Source: the human T2T-CHM13v2.0 reference genome, Homo sapiens. Taken from it: a stretch of 64,000 nt of DNA. This document shows positions 56,397 to 64,000 of the stretch, piece by piece. The position numbers and the translations under genes are program-made. The notes under the pieces were generated by a model, which was not told the DNA's origin, did not search any database, and worked only from the letters and a program-made list of their open reading frames with translations. Each line of letters begins with the position of its first letter. The stretch's first letter is position 1. The stretch is taken from positions 20,608,001 through 20,672,000 of the forward strand of contig CP086569.2 in assembly GCA_009914755.4 (NCBI GenBank), given 5' to 3'.

Positions 56397-56809
56397 TAAA
56401 CCTTTGTCAGATGCATTGTTTGCAAATATGCTGTCACCTTGGGTGGGTTGTCTGTTTACTCTGTTTACAGTTTCTTTTGCTATACAGAAGCTTTTCAGTT
56501 AAATTAGGTCTGACTTATCAATTTTTGTGTTTGTTGCAATTTTTTTTTGGAATCTTTGTCATAAAGTATTTTCCAGGGCCTATGTACAGAATGATACTCT
56601 CTAGGTTTTCTACTAGGGTTTTTAAATTTTTAGGCTTATAGTGAAATCTTCAATATATGTTTAGATTATTTTTGTATATGATAAAAGCAAGGGGTTCAAT
56701 TCAATTTTCTGCATATAAGTAGCCAGTTATCCTAGCACTATTTATTGAGTATAGAGGTTTTTCCTTATTGCTTGTTCTTGTTGACTTTGTCAAGGATCAC
56801 ATCTGAGCT

Positions 56810-57650
56810 GGAGCCATGGCAGAGGAACATAAATTGTGAAGATTTCATGGCCATTTATCATTTCCGAAATAATACTTTTATAATTTATTATGCCTCTCTT
56901 TAATCTCTTAATCCTGTTACCTTTGTGAGCTGAGGCTGTACGTCACCTCAGGACCACTGTGATAATTGTGTTAACTGTACAAATTGATTGTAAAACGTGT
57001 TTGAACAATATGAAATCAGTGACCCTTAAAAAGAACAGAATAACAATTTTTAGGGAACAAGGGAAGACAACCTTAAGATCTGACTGCTTGTGGGGTTGGG
57101 CAAAAAGAGTCATATTTTTCTTCTTGCAGAGAGCCTATAAATGGACGTACAAGTAGGAGAGATATCACTAAATCCTTTTCCTTGCAGAGAATATTAATAT
57201 TAATACCCTGGGAAAGGAATGCATTCCTGGGGGGAGGCCTATAAACGACTGCTCTGGGAATGTCTGTCCTATGCGGTTGAGATAAGGATGGAGATACCCC
57301 CTGGTATCCTGCAGTACCCCCGGGCTTACTAGGGTGGGGGAAAAAACTCTGCCCTGGTAAATTTGTAGTCAGACAGTTTCTCTGCTCTGGAACCCTGTTT
57401 TCCGTTGTTTAAGATGTTTATCAAGACAATATGTGCACTGCTGAACATAGACCCTTATCAGTAGTTCTGTTTTTGCCCTTTGCCTTGTGATCTTTGTTGG
57501 ACCCTTATCAGTAGTTCTGCTTTTTGCACTTTGAAGCATGTGATCTTTGTACCTACTCTCTGTTCTTACACCCTCTCCCCTTTTGAAAGCCTTAATAAAA
57601 ATTTGCTGGTTTTGAGGCTAAGGCAGGCATCACGGGCCTATGTGTGTGCA
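56810..57650. mobile_element. LTR-like element (solo LTR candidate) containing a ~45-bp tandem duplication (gacccttatcagtagttctg…tttgc…ctttg… at about 57441-57485 and about 57489-57535) and an AATAAA (ccttaataaaaatttgctgg) near its 3' end
   Basis: The sequence is unrelated to the flanking L1. It has a polyA-signal-like motif followed by a GT-rich segment as in retroviral R/U5, and its termini are near tg…ca. The class is not determinable by eye. Confidence 0.35.
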
Positions 57651-58349
57651 TAGAGTTTTTTGTAATATTCTTTGATGGTTGTTAGTATTTCTGTGGTGTT
57701 AGTGGTAACATGCATTTTGTTGTTTTTGTCTTTATTTGGATCTTCTCTTTTTTCTTTATTAGTCAACTGGTAGTTTATCTTATTAATTTCTCAAAAGAAA
57801 ACAACTCCTGAATTCATCGATTACTGATTTTGGTTATTTTTTGTCTTCTTTACGTTTAGTGTTGGTTTCCTCTTGTTTCTGTAGTTTCATTAGTTGTGAT
57901 GTTAGGTTGTGAAATAGAGATCATTCTAACTTTTTGATGTGGATTTAGTGCTATGAATTTCCCCCTTAACACTGCCCTGCCATATCTCATAATTGGTATT
58001 ATGTTGTATATGTTCTTAAAATAACTTTTTAATTTCTGCCTTAATATAATTACCTACCTGTCATTCAGAAACTTGTTGTTTAATTTTCATGTAATTGCAT
58101 GATTTTGAATGAGTTTTTTTGTATTCTTCTATTAATTGAACTGTGGCCTTGGTGTATGTTGGATATGATTTTGGTTCTTTTGTATTTGCTGATTGTTTTA
58201 TATCCAAATATGTGGTTGACTCTAGAGTAGATGGTGATGAGAAAAATGTGTATTCTGTTGCTTCAGATTGAAGAGTTTTTGGGGAAGTCAATCAGATCCT
58301 TGTGGCTCCATGTTGCGTTCAGGTCCTGAATAACTTTGTTAATTTTTTA

Positions 58350-58765
<416 letters not shown>

Positions 58766-59976
58766 AAGAATTTAGGTGCTCCTGTCTTAGTATGTATTTA
58801 CAATACCTACCATTATATAATGCCCTTCTTTATCTTTTTTTTTTTAAATTTTTGTTGGTTTAACGTCTGTTTTGTTTGAAGTTAGGATTGGGCTCTTTTT
58901 CGGTTCTCCATTTCGTTTGTAGATTTGTTTCCATCTCTTTAGTTGAGCCTGTGGATATCTTTGCAGGTGCAATGTATCTCTTGAACAGAGCACAAAATGG
59001 GGTCTTACTTCTTTATCTAGATTACCACCCTGTGCCTTTTCATTGGGATATTTAGCCTATTTTCATTCAAGGTTAGTATTGATATTTGTGGATTTGATCC
59101 TGTCGTCATGTTGTTGGTTTCTCATTATGCAGTCTTGTTTATGTTATTGCTTTATCATGTCATTGGTTTGTGTATGCCAAGAGTTTTTGTTGTTGTTGTT
59201 GTTATTGTTGTTGTTTTTTCAGTGGCTGATAATGGTCTTTGCTTTCTGTACTTAGTGCTTTTTTAGGAGATCTTATACAGCAGGTCTAGTACTAATGAAT
59301 TCTCTCAAGATTTGCTTCTCTGAAAAAGATCTTATTTTTCACCTGTGAAGCTTAATTTGCCTTTATAGAATATATAAAATATAGCATATGTAAAATTCTT
59401 GGTTGAAATTTTTTTAAGAGTATTGAATATAAGCCCTCAATATTTTCTGGCTTGTGGAGTTTCTGCTGAGAAGTATTCTGTTAGTCTAATGGGCTCCCCT
59501 TTGTAGGTGACCTCACCTGCCTCTCTAGCTACCTTTAATATTTTTTGTTCCATTTTGTCCTTAAAGAATCTGATGATTATGTGTCTTGGGAATGATCTTT
59601 CTGTGAAATGTCTTGTTGAAGTTCTTTATGTTTCCTGAATTTAAATTTTGGCCTCTCCAGCTACATGGGGGAATTTCTTATAGATAATATTTTGAAGTAT
59701 GTTTTTCAGGTTGTTTCCATTCTTCTCATTTCTTTCAAGAATGCTAGTGAGTCATAGATTTGGTCTCTTTACATAAGCACATATTTTACAGAGATTTTGT
59801 TCATTCTTTTTATTCTTTATTGTTGTCTTATTTTGGAAAGCCGGTATTTGACCTCTTAGTCTTTTTTTATCAGCTTAGTCTGTTCTGCTTTGATATTTGC
59901 AAGTGCATTATGAAATTTTTATAGTGTGTCATTCAGCTCTATCAGGTTGATTATGTCCATTTTTTTTTTTTTTTAG

Positions 59977-60396
<420 letters not shown>

Positions 60397-60512
60397 TAAA
60401 GGTTCCTTGTTGGAGAGGTAGTGCAGCCATTTGCGGGGGAATAAAAGGCACTCTAGATTTTTCAGTTGTCAGAGTTTGTGTACTGATTTCTTTTCTTTTC
60501 TTTTCTTTTTGA

Positions 60513-60617
<105 letters not shown>

Positions 60618-60660
60618 TGAGTATCTGGGATTACAGGCGCCCACCACCACACCCAACTAA

Positions 60661-60888
<228 letters not shown>

Positions 60889-63399
60889 TAGTGGGTTGGT
60901 TTGTAGCAACAGTGAATTCAATCAACTGGCTTTATTTCTAGAATATTTTAAAGATATTTTATCTCAGGATTTCTGGATGGTGTTCTGTAACTCTAGGGAC
61001 TGGGAATGAGCTTTGGCTTTGTTCCTTTACACCCTGAGGTTAGAAATCTGCTGCACTGGAGGGACCAAGATGCTCTCAGAGAAATGGTCACAACACTCTA
61101 ATGATTGGTAGTAGCCAATGTGCTTCATATGCGGGTGGTAGCAGGATTCATCTTCGTACTCACATGCCACCAGCATCAGCAGTGGCAGCATGATGGGGTG
61201 CACATTCATCAGTTGTGCCAGGGTGTCAGTGGGTGCTGGGTTTCCAGTCTCCATGAAAGCATATGCAGCACTGACAGTGGCAGCACACTATGGGAGGTTA
61301 TGTGGAGGGCAGTTGGTGATTGTGTGCATATTTGTAGTGTTGGTGGGTGTTAGCATGGGGGCAGCTTTCTTTTGGATGCAGGACTGTGTGTGCCCTCTCT
61401 GTGCATTTGTGGGGGCAGTGGTGATCACTCAGATGTGGTAGGTTGCACTGTTTTCTGTGCCTACTTTTATGCTGGCAGCAGTGTTGTTTCAGGTTTGGAG
61501 CACTGGCAGGGGCAGGACTGGTGGACTTCATTCCCTCCAACACTCTGATGACAGTGGCAGTCCAGTGGAGGGTGTGAGATGCACTAACACCAACAGCAGT
61601 GGCACAGCAGGTTGCACACACATGCATGCTGGTAGGCAACCAAAAGCAAGATCTGTTCACGCATACATACACCAGCAAATGGGGGTGGCCATTTACTTTC
61701 AGTCTTAAGAAGAAAGTTTGTCATTTGAAATATGCAATTTAGTGTATTTTAAATATGCTGGGAGATTAGCATATTTTAAAATATTTTACGTAAAAATGAA
61801 GAAAATGACATAGAACAAAGTGAGCACAAGGGTCACATTGAGAGGTTTTAACTATAATTAAATTTTCATCTAATAAATATGATAATTATAAAGAAAACCA
61901 GCTGGTTTTTGGAAGACATCAAAGTGTTCTGTATCAAGCAATAATCTCCATTAACCTATTCTGAAAGGCAGGAGCAGGATGGACTGCATATTCTGAACTT
62001 TGGGAGGTAAATCTGTGTTGGAGCTGCTCACTGTCCATGGAGGAGTGGAGCACAAAGTATCTGGGGGTGAAGGTCATGGCACCATTTTTCAGCAGGGGGA
62101 GGAATAATTTTTGGTTTGAAATATTCAAAAAAAAATTTGAAAAAATTAAACTGGGTATGTGTGTATTTGACCATAGTAAAAAAATTTTAACAGACCTTTT
62201 TTTGATTATCATTACATAATACAAATAAAATTTACTGATAATTCAAAAATTTGAACAACAAAAAGCCTTGTCCTAAACTGACATATATTGAACCTGAGCT
62301 TTGTGTTATGTTTTTCAGTACATATGGGTCAATTATTTCCTCTCAAAAATTTTAACAAATTATGACATTTTATATAACAAATTATAACCTTTTAATTATA
62401 GAATATAGCCTCACTACCCAATAAGTAATAATATTTTTGAAATGCTGTATTAAATTTCTTAAATAGTAAAAATTGAAACTGGGACACTTGTAATGAATAA
62501 TTACTTTGTTTGTAAATCACAATAGAGATTCTCCATATCAAAGCTGTGAACTGTATTCTATAGTATTTAGGCAAATAAGATAGCTACAAATTTAAGTACT
62601 GTAATAATAGATGCCTGACAATATGTGCTATAGGTAAATCTTTGAAATTTATTAAATGAAGTATAGATTGAATACAAGTAATATGTAATAATACATTATA
62701 ATTTAATAACATTTAGAATAATTACATTTTATACAAAAATAAAATTAAGATAAAATTCACATAGTGCAATGGTGAGTAAGATGTGAAAAGACAATAAGAA
62801 TAAACAGCATTAAAATTATTGATAGAGTTTGTAAAACCCCTAGAGATTAAGGAAAACAAACATAGGAATAAATTAGAAAACTAGAGACAATAATAATTTC
62901 TGTAAATTATAGGCTACCAAAACCAGAATAAGAATAAACAAGGACTCAAAAAACAAATTTTAAATATTTGGAAGTATTAATCAAAAGTTCTCATTACTTT
63001 AAATGATTCTTTTTCCATTTTTAAGGTCTAGGTATTCCTTATTCAAAGCAGTTTTACTAATCAGGAAAATGGGAAAAGCCATGGAAATATTTTATATGGC
63101 TATTACACTCAAAACATGCAAGATTTAAAACTAGGCCAATATAAATTATGGACTTGGATATACAACTAGTATCTAAGTATACAAATAATAACAAATGGTT
63201 TATTTCAGAATTATACGATATACCAGTAAGAGGATCAAATCATATCATCAAATACATTACAAATTAAATGAGACAAGTACATTCACTGAGGAAATCATTT
63301 TATACCCTTATACATTGTTTCTAAGCAATTTAACTTAGAAAAAAATTAACAGAGAACATTTCAACTCTTCATGATGGCAACACATCAGGATATGGAAAT

Positions 63400-64000
63400 A
63401 ACCAATGAAAATGCCCAAGAAACCCATAAAGTCATGTTCAACGTCCTTATTGATTAGGAAAATACAAATAAAAACCACAATGAGATATCACTTCATAGCT
63501 AGTAGTATAGGTACAGTTAGGAAGATAGATAAATGTGCGTGAGGATGTGGAGATAAGTAGAGACTAATACAATGCTGGTGAAATGGTGAAATGATGCAGC
63601 CATTTGGGAACACTTTGACAAGTCCTCCAAAGGTAACCATAGAGTTACCATATAATCCAGAAATTCCACTCCAAAGGATACGCCCAGTACAAACAAAAAC
63701 ATACAGCCACACAAAAACTTGTACATAAATGCCCACAGAAACATTATTTATTATAGCCAAAAGTGCAAACAATCCACAATGACAATCAGTGGAGGAATAG
63801 ATAAACAAATGTGATACATTCATACAATGGAATAGTATTTAGGTATAAAAAGGAATGAAGTACCAATATGAGCTACGACATGGATGGAGATTGAAAACAT
63901 GCTCAATGAAACAAGCAACACATAAAAGGCCAGGTACTTTATGAATCCATTTGTATAAAATACCCAGAGCAGGCAAATTCATAGAAACAGAAAATAAATT
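63400..64000 (+). mobile_element. Old L1 (L1M-like) ORF2 C-terminal fragment, + orientation
   Basis: …ggaaaatacaaataaaaaccacaatgagatatcacttcatagc… (IQIKTTMRYH motif) and …ccagaaattccactccaaaggatacgccc… (L1 PLLGIYPK region equivalents). Confidence 0.55.

Noticed and set aside
61030-61700. Cys/His-rich overlapping ORFs as a zinc-finger-like or metallothionein-like gene
   Set aside because: The ORFs overlap on both strands in a TG/CA low-complexity segment. The Cys/His richness is a codon-composition artefact (TGC/TGT/CAC/CAT). There is no ordered CxxC spacing and no exon structure.

Overview
This window is primate (human-type) genomic DNA, not a prokaryotic locus. It is packed with Alu SINEs, L1 LINE fragments, an LTR-like element and microsatellites. 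Its main content is the complete coding region of the Y-linked histone H3K4 demethylase gene KDM5D (SMCY/JARID1D) on the minus strand. I reconstructed 26 coding exons, all with GT-AG introns. The ATG is at 43084 and the TGA stop at 4545-4547. Exon lengths and phases sum exactly to a 1539-aa open reading frame with no internal stops. The protein carries JmjN, ARID, PHD1, JmjC, C5HC2 zinc-finger and PHD2 regions. Several residues mark it as the Y copy rather than X-linked KDM5C: exon 1 reads [30 protein letters not shown], the C-terminus reads ...[16 protein letters not shown], and exons 19 and 7/8 differ from the KDM5C sequence as I recall it. The two classical SMCY-derived H-Y minor histocompatibility epitopes, FIDSYICQV and [11 protein letters not shown], are both encoded here. 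A CpG-rich promoter sits at about 42880-43700. Upstream of the gene (higher coordinates) lie a near-full-length but inactivated L1 (minus strand, about 46115-52655) and a heavily nested old-L1, Alu and LTR block (52650-61000). I found no CRISPR array, operon or novel defence-like system; the hint of an undescribed system is not supported by the sequence. Exon coordinates were derived by hand translation and splice-site inspection and are each consistent in length and phase, but could be off by a base or two. Repeat boundaries are approximate.
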